Positions 46,434-55,718 of a stretch of 64,000 nt of DNA are shown piece by piece; position 1 is the first letter of the stretch, and each line of letters opens with the position of its first letter. The notes under the pieces were generated by a model. The model was given only the letters and a program-made list of their open reading frames with translations. It searched no databases and was not told the DNA's origin. A program made the position numbers and the translations under genes. The DNA comes from a virus: IMG/VR virus record IMGVR_UViG_3300004481_000271, positions 32,001 through 96,000 of that record; one strand, given 5' to 3'.

Positions 46434-47723
46434 TCAGACCGGGATCGTCGTGCATCGGCAAAGCCCGTGAGCGGGCGGGACCATGGTTCCGCCGGCCTCG
46501 CGAACGGACGTCAGCTCCCGGAAGGTGCCCCTCTCGTCGTTTCGTCCGGCGGCAGATTCGCGCACGACAGCGACCGGAGTCGTCGGCCCCTCTCCTCGAG
46601 GCGAGACGTAGATCGTCCCGCCGACCCGAAGACCCTCGGGCGACGTCGTCCCGCCGACGACCCGATACCACGGGAACTCGTTCACCCCGGCCTCTGGGTC
46701 CGGGTTCGCGGACGCTCGAGCGTAGCGGGCGAGCTGGGGCTCGACGGCGAAGACCTGGCCATGAAGGAACTGGCAGATCTGGCAAGTCCGGCCGTCGAGG
46801 AACGCCTCCCATTGGTAGTATTGGAAGCCCGCCTCGCGGTAGCCGGAGAGGGAGCCGAAGCTCCTCGACCGGGAGGTCGTCGCGGAGGCGACGACCCGGT
46901 AATACCACTCGGAGCGGCCGGAGACTCGGTCGCGGAGGGCGGCGGTCAAGTCGCGTCCGATGTCGACCCGCCCGAGCCCCTCGCGAACCCCGCTCGAAAT
47001 GATCGCCCGAGCGTCGCGGGACCACATGGCGCCCCGGTGTCGATATTCGTTCGTGACGAACGTCAGTCCGTCCCGACCGATCCGGCGGGCGATCGCCTCG
47101 GCGCCGGCGGAGAGGGTCCGCGAGACCCCTGGACCGCCGGCAACGAGGGAGGCGGCGCCGGTCGCCATGGCGGCGGCCTCGAGGGTTGCAGTCGCCTCGG
47201 CGACGTAGGCTGCATCGGACGGGATCTCGGCGACAAGCTCGGCGACCCCGTCGATCGCTTCGTTGAGCTCGGCGGCCGACATCGCCGGCCAAGGGCGCCG
47301 GCCGAGGGTTGCGAGAGCTTGTCGGACCGCCTCCCGCTCCGCCGGCGTCGCGACGGAAACAAGCCCTTGTTGGAGCTGCTCGACGGCAACGGCGAACCCC
47401 GTCCGCGTGAGAGGGTTCGGCGGCGCCTTCGCGACGGCGATCCGGTCGACGGCGATCGGCCAGAGCCAGGCGCCCGAGCGGGTCTGGATCACGCCTTGGA
47501 GGACGAAGGCGACCCCATCGCCGGCCTTGGCGAGCTCGCGAGCTCGCTTCTCGACCGCCTCGGCGGAGAGCTCGCGGACGAGCTCGCCCAGGTAGGGCGA
47601 GAAGGCGGCAAGGGCGAGGTGAGACGCGCACCCCAGGGGACCGGGAGGGTCGGCGAAGAGGACGTCCCTCGAGCTCGCCACCGTCCGCCACGGCGGACCG
47701 TAGACGGCGAGCTCCTCGGTCAC
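46434..47723 (-). CDS. MuF / phage minor head protein
   Basis: YQWEAFLDGRTCQICQFLHG...PPAHGLCRCTTIPV. GTG start inferred. Confidence 0.88.
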   Translation of the reverse strand: MTEELAVYGPPWRTVASSRDVLFADPPGPLGCASHLALAAFSPYLGELVRELSAEAVEKRARELAKAGDGVAFVLQGVIQTRSGAWLWPIAVDRIAVAKAPPNPLTRTGFAVAVEQLQQGLVSVATPAEREAVRQALATLGRRPWPAMSAAELNEAIDGVAELVAEIPSDAAYVAEATATLEAAAMATGAASLVAGGPGVSRTLSAGAEAIARRIGRDGLTFVTNEYRHRGAMWSRDARAIISSGVREGLGRVDIGRDLTAALRDRVSGRSEWYYRVVASATTSRSRSFGSLSGYREAGFQYYQWEAFLDGRTCQICQFLHGQVFAVEPQLARYARASANPDPEAGVNEFPWYRVVGGTTSPEGLRVGGTIYVSPRGEGPTTPVAVVRESAAGRNDERGTFRELTSVREAGGTMVPPAHGLCRCTTIPV

Positions 47724-48175
47724 CGTGCCCGCTCCCCGGCCCACTTCCCGCCGGTCGTCCGGACGATCGCAACGTCCGCGCCGGCAAGGGCGAGGGCGGT
47801 CACGCGAAAGGCGACGTCGTGTCCCTCGGTCGCGACCTCGTAGATCGCCCCGGAGCCGAGAGCCCCTGTCGAGGCGAGCTCCCGCCACTTCCGGCCCCCG
47901 GCGTTGTTCGGATAGGGCGTCGCGACGAGCGGGGTGATCGTGACCGTCCCGCCAGCGTGCGGCGCCCCCGCCGTCGTCTCGAAGTCGACGACGAGCCGAA
48001 CCGTGTCCCATTCCCTCGCGTCGAGCGTGACGTCGTCGGCGACGACCCCGGCGGTGATCTCGCCGGCGGAGAGGTTGTCCGGTGTCCAGGCGGCGGCGTC
48101 TTGGATTCCGAGATCATCGCGGACGACGACCGTCGCGTCCTGGGAGTAGAGCCTTCGCTTCGTCGGGCCTGTCAT
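47720..48175 (-). CDS. hypothetical virion protein
   Basis: Coupled to portal and MuF, beta-rich. Confidence 0.7.
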   Translation of the reverse strand: MTGPTKRRLYSQDATVVVRDDLGIQDAAAWTPDNLSAGEITAGVVADDVTLDAREWDTVRLVVDFETTAGAPHAGGTVTITPLVATPYPNNAGGRKWRELASTGALGSGAIYEVATEGHDVAFRVTALALAGADVAIVRTTGGKWAGERAR

Positions 48176-50077
48176 CTATTCCTCCTCGAGGAGGTCCGCC
48201 CCGTGAAGCCCCGCCGCTTCGTCGAGGGCGGCCCGTGCCGCTCGAGCGGCGGCGTCGGGGACCTCTCCCGCGGCCTCCTCGAGGGCGTTGTTACGGGCGG
48301 CCTGGGCGGCGCCAGCGGCGGAGAGGGAGCGGAGCTCTTCCTCGACCCCTGGACGCCAGTCGGTCCCCTTGTCGGAGCTCGAGCTCGCCCCCTTCGTCTC
48401 GTCCTCCGGAGGGCGGAAGCCGGCGAGCGTGAGCTGGATCGGTTGCTTCGCCCAGGGGACGTCGAGGGAGTCGAGGTCCATCCCGATCACGTCGGAGGAG
48501 AGCTCTCTCGCTTCGTTCGGGGTCACGACCCCGACCTTTGCCAGGTCGACGATGATCGCGGCGACCTTCTCCGGGTCCCTCGTCGAGGGCCCAAGGCTCC
48601 GGTAGGTCCAGAGGGTGATCCCGAGAGCGGGGAGGATCGTCCGGTTGAACCAAGCATCGAACTCCCGCCGCTCCGGCTCGAAGATCTGCTCGTCGGCGAA
48701 GCGAAGGGAAGCGTCGGCAGTCGCCCGGTTGAAGTCGCGGACGTCCCCGCGAAGAAGTCGCGGCAGGCGAAAGGAGCTCCCGATCTTGTCGATGTTCCGC
48801 TCGTCGTAGGCTTGGAAGAGGGCGTCCCCTTGCTGGACGTCGACGAGCTTCTCGAACTTGAGAGTCGGAATCTCCCTCGGTGACAGCGGGTCAGCGTCCG
48901 CGTCGTCGGCCTCGATCACGAGGATCGAATGGAAGTTGCCGCGCCCCTTGATGTTGTCGCGGAGGTAGGTCTGGATCTGGTCGACCGAATCGGAGGAGAG
49001 CCTCCCGCCGGAGACGAGAAGGGCGAGCGGAGGAACCGCCTTGTTGTCGAAGTAGGTGTAATTGACCTCGTCGGCAGCCCTCGAGCCGAGGACGGAGAGG
49101 AGATTCCCGATCCATCGCGGGACCCCGTAAGCCTCCCCCGTCCGATGGATCCGAAAGTGAACGAGCTCCGTCGCCGGAGCTTCATCGTTCCGGCCAAGGG
49201 TTGCAGCCTTGAAGGCGGCGAGGGTCGGATAGACCTCTCCGGTCTTCTGGGAAACGACTCTGGGGTCGCCGAACTCCTTGAACCAAACGAGCTTCCGCCC
49301 GACGGCCTGGACGTAGCGGCGGAAGAAGCGAGGTTGACGAACGACCTCGAAGCCGAGCCCGACCTGGACCTTCTCCTCGACGAGGACCGGCTCCTCGTCG
49401 ATCGGTGTGCAACGGACGTGCGTCGGTGGAACGACAACGAAGCGGGCGAGCCGGCCGGCCCGATCGCGAAGGACCTCCCAGTAGGCGTTGCCGCAGATCT
49501 CCCGGTCCTGGCGGGTCTGTCGCTTCAAGGTGTCGAAGGACCCCGTCGGGGAGACCGCGTCGAGGAAGGCAGAGAGCTTCGCCTTCTCGATCCGTTGGAG
49601 GCTCTTCAGTTGCTCGAGCTTCTTCTCGACCTCCTCGTCCGACGGCATGAGGGCGAGTGGGTCGAGGGCGAGCTCGCCCTCCGCCGGCGGAGCCCCCTCT
49701 TCCCCAAGACGGGAAGTCGCGTCGGCGAGCCTCGCCTCGGCGCGACGGAACCGCTCGACCCAGATCGCATCGCGGACCTTCTCGAAGGAGTCGTCGGCGT
49801 TCAGGTCGATTCGGGGAGCGAACCGGTAGCCGAGCCCGTCGATGTTCGTAACGTAGGCGGCGACGTTCTGGTTTAGAGCGGAGCTGTTCTCCCAGAGTCG
49901 GAAGAGCGTCCCGGGGTCGTAGCTCGGCTCGACGACCCCGGAGCCGCTGAAGAGCGCCCCGAGTTGCTCGTCCTCGGTGCCCTGGATCGATCGCGGGATG
50001 ACGAGGTCGGAACCGAGGACCTCGGCTTTCAACGTGCGCCGGCGTCCGCTCCTCTTCGTCTCGCGATCGTCCGCCAT
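48176..50077 (-). CDS. portal protein (PBSX-like)
   Basis: CGNAYWEVLRD, ELVHFR, YGVPRW, YFDNKAVP, FRLPRLLRG, DFNRATA, TPNEAR. Confidence 0.95.
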   Translation of the reverse strand: MADDRETKRSGRRRTLKAEVLGSDLVIPRSIQGTEDEQLGALFSGSGVVEPSYDPGTLFRLWENSSALNQNVAAYVTNIDGLGYRFAPRIDLNADDSFEKVRDAIWVERFRRAEARLADATSRLGEEGAPPAEGELALDPLALMPSDEEVEKKLEQLKSLQRIEKAKLSAFLDAVSPTGSFDTLKRQTRQDREICGNAYWEVLRDRAGRLARFVVVPPTHVRCTPIDEEPVLVEEKVQVGLGFEVVRQPRFFRRYVQAVGRKLVWFKEFGDPRVVSQKTGEVYPTLAAFKAATLGRNDEAPATELVHFRIHRTGEAYGVPRWIGNLLSVLGSRAADEVNYTYFDNKAVPPLALLVSGGRLSSDSVDQIQTYLRDNIKGRGNFHSILVIEADDADADPLSPREIPTLKFEKLVDVQQGDALFQAYDERNIDKIGSSFRLPRLLRGDVRDFNRATADASLRFADEQIFEPERREFDAWFNRTILPALGITLWTYRSLGPSTRDPEKVAAIIVDLAKVGVVTPNEARELSSDVIGMDLDSLDVPWAKQPIQLTLAGFRPPEDETKGASSSSDKGTDWRPGVEEELRSLSAAGAAQAARNNALEEAAGEVPDAAARAARAALDEAAGLHGADLLEEE

Positions 50078-50116
50078 GCGCGAAGGCTACCACGACGGGA
50101 GGGACGGAGGCGAGCC

Positions 50117-50797
50117 CTACCGCGGGAGATAGAGCTCGCGGAGCTCGGCCCGGTCCGAGTCGGTGAGGCGGCCGGCGGGGAGCTCGCTCTCCTCGGCAGA
50201 GAGCGTCCGCCGGTTCATCAGCGAGCCCGTCCAGTCGTCGTGGGCAAGCCCGGCGGCGTGACCGAGCTCGTGAAGGAGAACGCGGAAGAGCGTCGCGTCG
50301 TCGGGGACGTTCCGGACGACAACCGTCGCGGCAGTCGCCCGGCCGTCCCCTCGAAGCCGATGTCGGCACTCCCCGGGAGGGTCGCCGAGCTCGGCGGCGG
50401 CCCCAAGAACGAGGGAGACGTCGACGACCCCTTCGCGCCCCCGGTCGAGGGTGAAGAGCTCGAAGCCGACCTGGGAGTTGAAGTCGGCGACGGCGGCCTC
50501 GACGACTCGAAGCTCCTCGGCCGGCGGCGTCCCGTTCTCGCCCTCTCCATGAAAGACCCGGACGGCGAGCGGGACAGCCTCCCGCGGCCAGCGGAGCTCG
50601 AGAGCGTCCGCACAAGTCGCCGGCTCCTCGCCCTCGAGGTCGTCGACGTAGACCGCCCGGTCGCCGATCCGGCAGATCCGCAGGAGCCCCGGCTCGTCGT
50701 GCGTCGTGACCCCGTAGACGATGAGAACCGCGGCGGCGACCCCGATCGTCAGGAAGACGACAACCCCGACGACCCATCCGACCCAGCGGCGTTGCAT
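50117..50797 (-). CDS. membrane-anchored matrixin-like (M10) zinc metalloprotease
   Basis: N-terminal TM helix, HELGHAAGLAH, Met-turn SLMN, LTDSD...LY. Confidence 0.85.
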   Translation of the reverse strand: MQRRWVGWVVGVVVFLTIGVAAAVLIVYGVTTHDEPGLLRICRIGDRAVYVDDLEGEEPATCADALELRWPREAVPLAVRVFHGEGENGTPPAEELRVVEAAVADFNSQVGFELFTLDRGREGVVDVSLVLGAAAELGDPPGECRHRLRGDGRATAATVVVRNVPDDATLFRVLLHELGHAAGLAHDDWTGSLMNRRTLSAEESELPAGRLTDSDRAELRELYLPR

Positions 50798-51135
50798 GAT
50801 TCGCCCTCCTCCTCCTCGCAAGACTGCCCAGCGAGAGCGGCAGCCCTCGCCTTCGCGGCGATCTTCGCGAGCTCCTCGGGACCCCCGACCGCGTCGGCGA
50901 GCTTCGCGAGCTTCGCTTGAAGCTCGGCGTTCGCCTTCTCGGCGGCGTCGGCGAGCCCCTGGGCAAAGCGGATCGCCTGGGCGGGGTTCAAGACAACGTG
51001 GTCGAGCATCCGTCCGAAGCGGACGGCGACTTGACCCGGAGCGGTCCCGATGTTGATGTCGATCGACCGCGACGGCGCCGACGGCGCAGCCTTCCCGTTC
51101 CGCGGCCGCTTCCCTGGCTTCCTTGGCTTCTTCAC
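50749..51135 (-). CDS. hypothetical protein
   Basis: GTG start inferred, coupled to neighbours. Confidence 0.55.
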   Translation of the reverse strand: MKKPRKPGKRPRNGKAAPSAPSRSIDINIGTAPGQVAVRFGRMLDHVVLNPAQAIRFAQGLADAAEKANAELQAKLAKLADAVGGPEELAKIAAKARAAALAGQSCEEEEGESCNAAGSDGSSGLSSS

Positions 51136-51413
51136 CCCGAGCTCCTTCCCCTTGGAACCTCTTCGAGCGTCGGCTCGTCGCCTCGACCGGCGGTCTCTTC
51201 CTCCTCCTCGACGACGACCTCCGGCTCCGGCCGGACGTAGCGGGCTCGGACGGCGGCCTCGCACCGGTCGGAGCACGCATCGAACCGCCCCCAGCCGAGA
51301 ACCTCGACGAACCGCCAGGGCGGCGGAAGGACGACGACCCTCTCCGGACGATCGACCGGGATCGCCCTGGGGCAGGCGTCGCAAACGATCCGAGATTCCG
51401 TCCGGTCGACCAT
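51132..51413 (-). CDS. small Cys-containing protein
   Basis: CDAC...ACSDRC. Confidence 0.6.
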   Translation of the reverse strand: MVDRTESRIVCDACPRAIPVDRPERVVVLPPPWRFVEVLGWGRFDACSDRCEAAVRARYVRPEPEVVVEEEEETAGRGDEPTLEEVPRGRSSG

Positions 51414-51447
51414 GGCGCCTCGAGTCTACTCTCCGACCGCGGTCGAT

Positions 51448-53049
51448 CTAAACCCCGATGATCTTCGCGCCCCCTCGCCCCGAGCTCCGACGAGCTCTTC
51501 GGTCTCGACGGGCGGAGTAGAGGCGGGCGGCCTCCCGGGCGATCCACGACGCCATGAGGCGGTCGCCCGTATGTGTCCCGGGGTCGTAGGACACCATCTC
51601 AGCGATCCATTCCCCGACCTGGGAACCGACGGCGCGAGTCCCCGCCTCGCACGGGATCGCCCACTTCCCGACGGCGAGCTCGGCGGCGAGAGACTCGACC
51701 CCATACTCGGCAGAGAGCTTGTTTCGTCCGGTCGTGAAGGAACGGACGCGGAGACCCGGAGCCCGTTCCCGGACCCACTGAAGGAGGAAGTCCTGGGCGG
51801 CGTTGTTCTCGACGATGACGATCGATCGGAACCGCTCGTGAACGGAGACGACCCGGTCGATGATCTCGGGCCCGGCCCATCGGCCGGCCTGGACCTCGAG
51901 GACCTGGCGAACCTCGTCCGGCCGGACGAGGATCGTGAAGAGGGCGGTCAGGTCGGCCGACTCCTTCCTCGAGACGGCGAGGTCGACTCCGGTCACAACG
52001 AGAACCCCCTCGGGGAGCCCGCCGAGGCGGGCGACGGCGTCGGTGAAGTTGAGCTCCTCGGCGAGCTCGGGGAGCTTCTCGGGGATCTCCTCGAGGCTCC
52101 GGATCGTCGGGAGCCCCTCACCGTTCGCGAGGCACGTCTCGATCCACTCCCGCTTGAACCGTGCGGACTCCTCGTCGCGGGGTTGGCATAGCATCTGGCG
52201 AGCGAACTCGATCGGTCCGAGGATCTCGTTCCGCGTTCGCTCGATCCGCTCGAGGTTCCATCGCTCCGGCCAGAGCGGGACACCGTCGGCGTTGACGACG
52301 GGATACCGCTTCGCCCACCACCCCGACCGCTCGAGAGAATGCGCCATGTCGTCCGGGTGCCAGGCGTTCGATAGGAAGACGACCCAAGCGCCCTCGGCGA
52401 GCCGCGGGAAGGCGGAGGCGCGGATCCATTCCTCCGTCTTCTCCCGCTGGTACTTCGTCCGGGTGTTGATCTCCGTCAAGACGTCGTCGATCACGAGCCC
52501 GTCAAGGCGGGCGCCTTGGATCGTTCCGCCCTCCGGAGAGTAGGCTTGAACCGACGGGTCCTTGATTCCGTGCGGCCGCTCGATCTCGATCGCGTTGTCC
52601 GTCCAGAGGGTCCCCTTCCTGAGTCCGGGGAAGACGTCTCGGACGACCCGGTTCTCGATGATGTGCCCCTGGATCGCTCGGATGATCTTCTTCGCCTGCC
52701 CCTGAGTCGCGGAAAGGATCGCGTATCGACGCCGGACGTCCTGGCCAAGAAGCCAGAGGATGCGGACGATCGCGAGCTGTTGGGTCTTCCCCGACTCCGG
52801 GAACGTCCAGATCACCGCGAGGAGGTTCTCCTCGATCGTGTCGTGCCATTCGACTTGGAAATCTTGAACCTCGATCGGGTGTCCGGTCTCCTCTTCGCGA
52901 AGGACGAGCTCGCAGAACGTCGGGCAGTCGTGACGCGCGAGCTCGACGAGGGACGCATAGGCGAGCCTCGCGGTGTCAACGAGCGGACTCGCCTCGACCC
53001 GCCGATGGAGGAACCGAAGATCCGCCGTCTTATCTCCGGAGAAGGTCAT
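51448..53049 (-). CDS. terL: terminase large subunit
   Basis: PESGKT (Walker A), LVIDD (Walker B), WHPDD, LWPERW, GVDLA, VENNAAQ, HTGDRLMA. Confidence 0.95.
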   Translation of the reverse strand: MTFSGDKTADLRFLHRRVEASPLVDTARLAYASLVELARHDCPTFCELVLREEETGHPIEVQDFQVEWHDTIEENLLAVIWTFPESGKTQQLAIVRILWLLGQDVRRRYAILSATQGQAKKIIRAIQGHIIENRVVRDVFPGLRKGTLWTDNAIEIERPHGIKDPSVQAYSPEGGTIQGARLDGLVIDDVLTEINTRTKYQREKTEEWIRASAFPRLAEGAWVVFLSNAWHPDDMAHSLERSGWWAKRYPVVNADGVPLWPERWNLERIERTRNEILGPIEFARQMLCQPRDEESARFKREWIETCLANGEGLPTIRSLEEIPEKLPELAEELNFTDAVARLGGLPEGVLVVTGVDLAVSRKESADLTALFTILVRPDEVRQVLEVQAGRWAGPEIIDRVVSVHERFRSIVIVENNAAQDFLLQWVRERAPGLRVRSFTTGRNKLSAEYGVESLAAELAVGKWAIPCEAGTRAVGSQVGEWIAEMVSYDPGTHTGDRLMASWIAREAARLYSARRDRRARRSSGRGGAKIIGV

Positions 53050-53401
53050 CGACGATCATCCTATCAGACCCGAGCCGCCATGCTGCAAGGTCGGCCTCGC
53101 CCTCGGGGCCGACTCGCCGAACGAGGAGCTCGGAGAAGTCCGGATCGCCCCCCCATCGGGCGAAGCCGAGCTCGGCGAGGACCGCCCGGACGAAACCGAC
53201 GAGGACCTCGAGGCGGGCGGCGGCGTCGCCCTCGACGAGGATCTCCCCGATGAAGACGGTCGCCCCATCGTGTCGCTCGTATCGCCCGACCTTCCCGCCG
53301 ACGATCTGGGGCCAGCGGCGGCGAAGCTCGGCGAAGGCACTCCCCACCCCAGGCTCGAGGTCGCCGTGCCCGAGCTTCGTCATGCTCCGCCGAGCCGCCA
53401 T
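53030..53401 (-). CDS. hypothetical protein
   Basis: Coupled ORF upstream of terL. Start uncertain (53401 or 53383). Confidence 0.5.
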   Translation of the reverse strand: MAARRSMTKLGHGDLEPGVGSAFAELRRRWPQIVGGKVGRYERHDGATVFIGEILVEGDAAARLEVLVGFVRAVLAELGFARWGGDPDFSELLVRRVGPEGEADLAAWRLGSDRMIVDDLLRR

Positions 53402-53889
53402 GATGCCTCGAGGAGGTCGCCCTCGGCGCCCCGCGGCCGGACGAGGACCTCGAGGTCGGCCCGGACAAGGTGACCCAAGGCAACGAGCTCGCCCCGGACC
53501 CGCTCGCCGAGCTCGTCGAGGTCGACCCCGACGGCGGTCTCGAGGACGGCGACCGGCCGACCGACGGCGCGTCCGCCTCGGATGACGGCGGCGATCCCTC
53601 CGATCGGCTCGCCCTCGACGCGGACCTCGACGACCCCCTCGAGCTCGCCGAGGACATCGGCGATCGGACGGGAGGTGTCGACCCAGCGTCCCGAGCTCCG
53701 GACGAGCTCTCGGCGGTCGGCGCCGTGGACCGGAGCGTCGAGGACGACGAGCCGGTCACCGTCCCGGAGGTCCGAGCTCGCGGCGGGCGTCGGGAGCTCC
53801 TCACCGTCCGGCCAGACGAAGTCACGCCCTTCGCCCTCGAGGAGGAGCCGACCGTTCAGGTAGACGAGCTCGGTCCGTCTTCGGGTCAT
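53380..53889 (-). CDS. hypothetical protein
   Basis: ATG at 53889. LVYLNG N-terminus. C-terminal LEVLVRP..EGD.LEA.WRLGG shared with 54158-54553. Confidence 0.6.
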   Translation of the reverse strand: MTRRRTELVYLNGRLLLEGEGRDFVWPDGEELPTPAASSDLRDGDRLVVLDAPVHGADRRELVRSSGRWVDTSRPIADVLGELEGVVEVRVEGEPIGGIAAVIRGGRAVGRPVAVLETAVGVDLDELGERVRGELVALGHLVRADLEVLVRPRGAEGDLLEASWRLGGA

Positions 53890-54161
53890 CGGTCGCCCTC
53901 CTCGAGGACCTCGGCAACGAGGACCTCGCGGTCGACCCGGAAGGTCCTCGAGACCCCGACGACCTGGGAACCCCCGGCCGGCGGCCGGTCGCCCTCGGAG
54001 GCGAGGACGACCCGGACGACCCCGCCTCCCCGACCTCCGACCTCGCGGACGAGGACCTCGAGCTCGACGCCTCCGACGAGGAGGACCTCGAGGAGCCCCT
54101 TCACGGCAGCCCTGGGGGTCTCCGCCTCGAGGAGGTAGGTCGCCTCGACCTGGGTCTTCAT
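53886..54161 (-). CDS. hypothetical protein
   Basis: ATGA overlaps on both sides. Confidence 0.55.
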   Translation of the reverse strand: MKTQVEATYLLEAETPRAAVKGLLEVLLVGGVELEVLVREVGGRGGGVVRVVLASEGDRPPAGGSQVVGVSRTFRVDREVLVAEVLEEGDR

Positions 54162-54553
54162 CGACCGCCCCCAAGTCGCCAGGCGGCCTCGAGGGCGTCG
54201 CCCTCGGGGCCCGGCGGGCGGACGAGAACCTCGAGGGCGATCCCGACGGAGAGGAGCCCTCCGAGGGAGCGGCGGACGGTCTCCTCGACGGCGACGCGGA
54301 GCTCGTCCGACGGCGAAGCGGCCTCGACGAGGACCGCGATGGTCCCGCCTCCCCGAACGGCGCCGGTCACGCGGTAGACCCCGGGGACGGCCCGAGCTCG
54401 AGCCTCGAGGTCCTCGAGGGTCGGCGACCGGAGGTCCTCGCGGAGGACGCGGGCGACGCGGGCGGCGAGGAAGTCCGCCGGCTCCCCCGGCCCGGGGACG
54501 AGCCCGACGAGGGCGGCGGAGCGGCGGAGGGACGCGAGGGCCTTCGGCTTCAT
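54158..54553 (-). CDS. small protein resembling a baseplate-J C-terminal fragment
   Basis: RSPTLEDLEARARAVPGV compared with RTVAREDYEINAKRVPGV in the J gene. Confidence 0.55.
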   Translation of the reverse strand: MKPKALASLRRSAALVGLVPGPGEPADFLAARVARVLREDLRSPTLEDLEARARAVPGVYRVTGAVRGGGTIAVLVEAASPSDELRVAVEETVRRSLGGLLSVGIALEVLVRPPGPEGDALEAAWRLGGGR

Positions 54554-54596
54554 CGCCTTCGTTACTACTCGATCGCGATGGAGGCGGCCAGAAGCC

Positions 54597-54660
54597 CCCA
54601 GGACGCCCCGGAGGGCGGGGGGCTCGGAGGTAGGGGAGAAGCCGGGGCGGACGTCCTGGG
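54597..54660. repeat. CCCAGGACG-bounded inverted-repeat element (copy 3)
   Basis: CCCAGGACG at 54597-54605 and CGTCCTGGG at 54652-54660, immediately 3' of the recombinase. Confidence 0.5.
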
Positions 54661-54664
54661 CGGA

Positions 54665-55378
54665 CTAGGCGGCGAGGAAGCGGGAGATCTGGGTCGGAGC
54701 GAACCGGCGCCCGTTCCGGGAAACGAGCCCGCGGGTCTCGAGCTCCTCGGCGGTCGCCCGGTAGGAAAGCCCAGCGGCGCGGAGCTCGCGGGCGACGCGG
54801 ACGACCTCGAGCTCCTCGGGGACCTCGACGAGGGTCTTCCCATCGGCGGCGAGGCGGTAGCCGTAGGGGACGGAGCCGACGAGCTCGCCCCGAGCCTTCT
54901 TCACCGCGAGGGCGGCCTTCGTCCGGGAGCGGATCATCGCCCGCTCATACTCGGCGAAGGCGTCAACGAGCCGGCGGAGGAGGAGCCCGGAGGGGTCGTC
55001 GGCGTCGCCGTCGGTCCCCTCGCCGGCGGCGGAGACGACCCGGGCACCGGAGCGGGCGGCGAGCCGCTCGGTCATCGCGGCCTCGACGACGTCGCGGGCG
55101 AGGCGGTCCCGCTTCGCGACGAGGAGGACGTTCGCCTCGAGGTCGACAACGGCGCCGAGGGCGGCGAGGAGCCCCGGGCGGTCGGCGGCGGGGGTCGCCC
55201 CGGAGACCCCGAGGTCCTCGAAGACGGCGACGAGCTCGGCGCCGTGGGCGGCCGCCCAAGCCTCGAGGGCGGCCCGCTGGGCGTCCGGCCCGAGGTTCTG
55301 GTCCTCGGTTGAAACCCGGATGTAGCCGACGACGACGGCGGCGGCGAGGGTCTTGACGGCGGCGTTGACGGTCTTCAT
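54665..55378 (-). CDS. small serine recombinase (resolvase/invertase family)
   Basis: GYIRVSTEDQ, EDLGVSG, DRPGL, KRDRLARD, FAEYERAMIRSRT, PYGY. Confidence 0.95.
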   Translation of the reverse strand: MKTVNAAVKTLAAAVVVGYIRVSTEDQNLGPDAQRAALEAWAAAHGAELVAVFEDLGVSGATPAADRPGLLAALGAVVDLEANVLLVAKRDRLARDVVEAAMTERLAARSGARVVSAAGEGTDGDADDPSGLLLRRLVDAFAEYERAMIRSRTKAALAVKKARGELVGSVPYGYRLAADGKTLVEVPEELEVVRVARELRAAGLSYRATAEELETRGLVSRNGRRFAPTQISRFLAA

Positions 55379-55397
55379 TGTCCTTCCCCTTCCCTTC

Positions 55398-55625
55398 TTA
55401 CTCGGCCTCGACGGCGGCGGCGGCGGCGGTCATCGCGAGGCAGGCGGCGATCGCGTCGTCCCCGTAGAGGACCCCGGTCTTCGCGACGGTGAAGGCGAGG
55501 TCGGCGGGGACGCCGGCGGTGACGAGCTCGAGGGCGGCGATCGCGTCGTCGCTGAAGAGGAGGTTGTCGTCGGTGATCGTCAGGGTCTCGGTCGTCGTCT
55601 CGGTCATCGTGTCCTCCGTCCTCAT
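55398..55625 (-). CDS. hypothetical early protein
   Basis: Starts at promoter cassette 1. Internal duplication DDAIAA. Alternative start at 55607. Confidence 0.65.
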   Translation of the reverse strand: MRTEDTMTETTTETLTITDDNLLFSDDAIAALELVTAGVPADLAFTVAKTGVLYGDDAIAACLAMTAAAAAVEAE

Positions 55626-55692
55626 GTCTCTGTTATACGGTCCCGCCGGGGACCGGTCAAGAGAAAAACGACATCGGGGCGAAAAAAAGATC
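55623..55692 (-). promoter_or_regulatory. sigma70-type promoter cassette 1
   Basis: TTGACC (55660-55655), 17 nt, TATAAC (55637-55632), 6 nt, ATG. Upstream T-tracts. Confidence 0.85.
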
Positions 55693-55718
55693 TCCGAGGG
55701 GGTCTTCTCGGCCGGAGC

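Noticed and set aside
53030-54553. Terminase small subunit upstream of terL
   Set aside because: None of these ORFs shows a convincing HTH/coiled-coil TerS pattern. TerS was not identified in the window.
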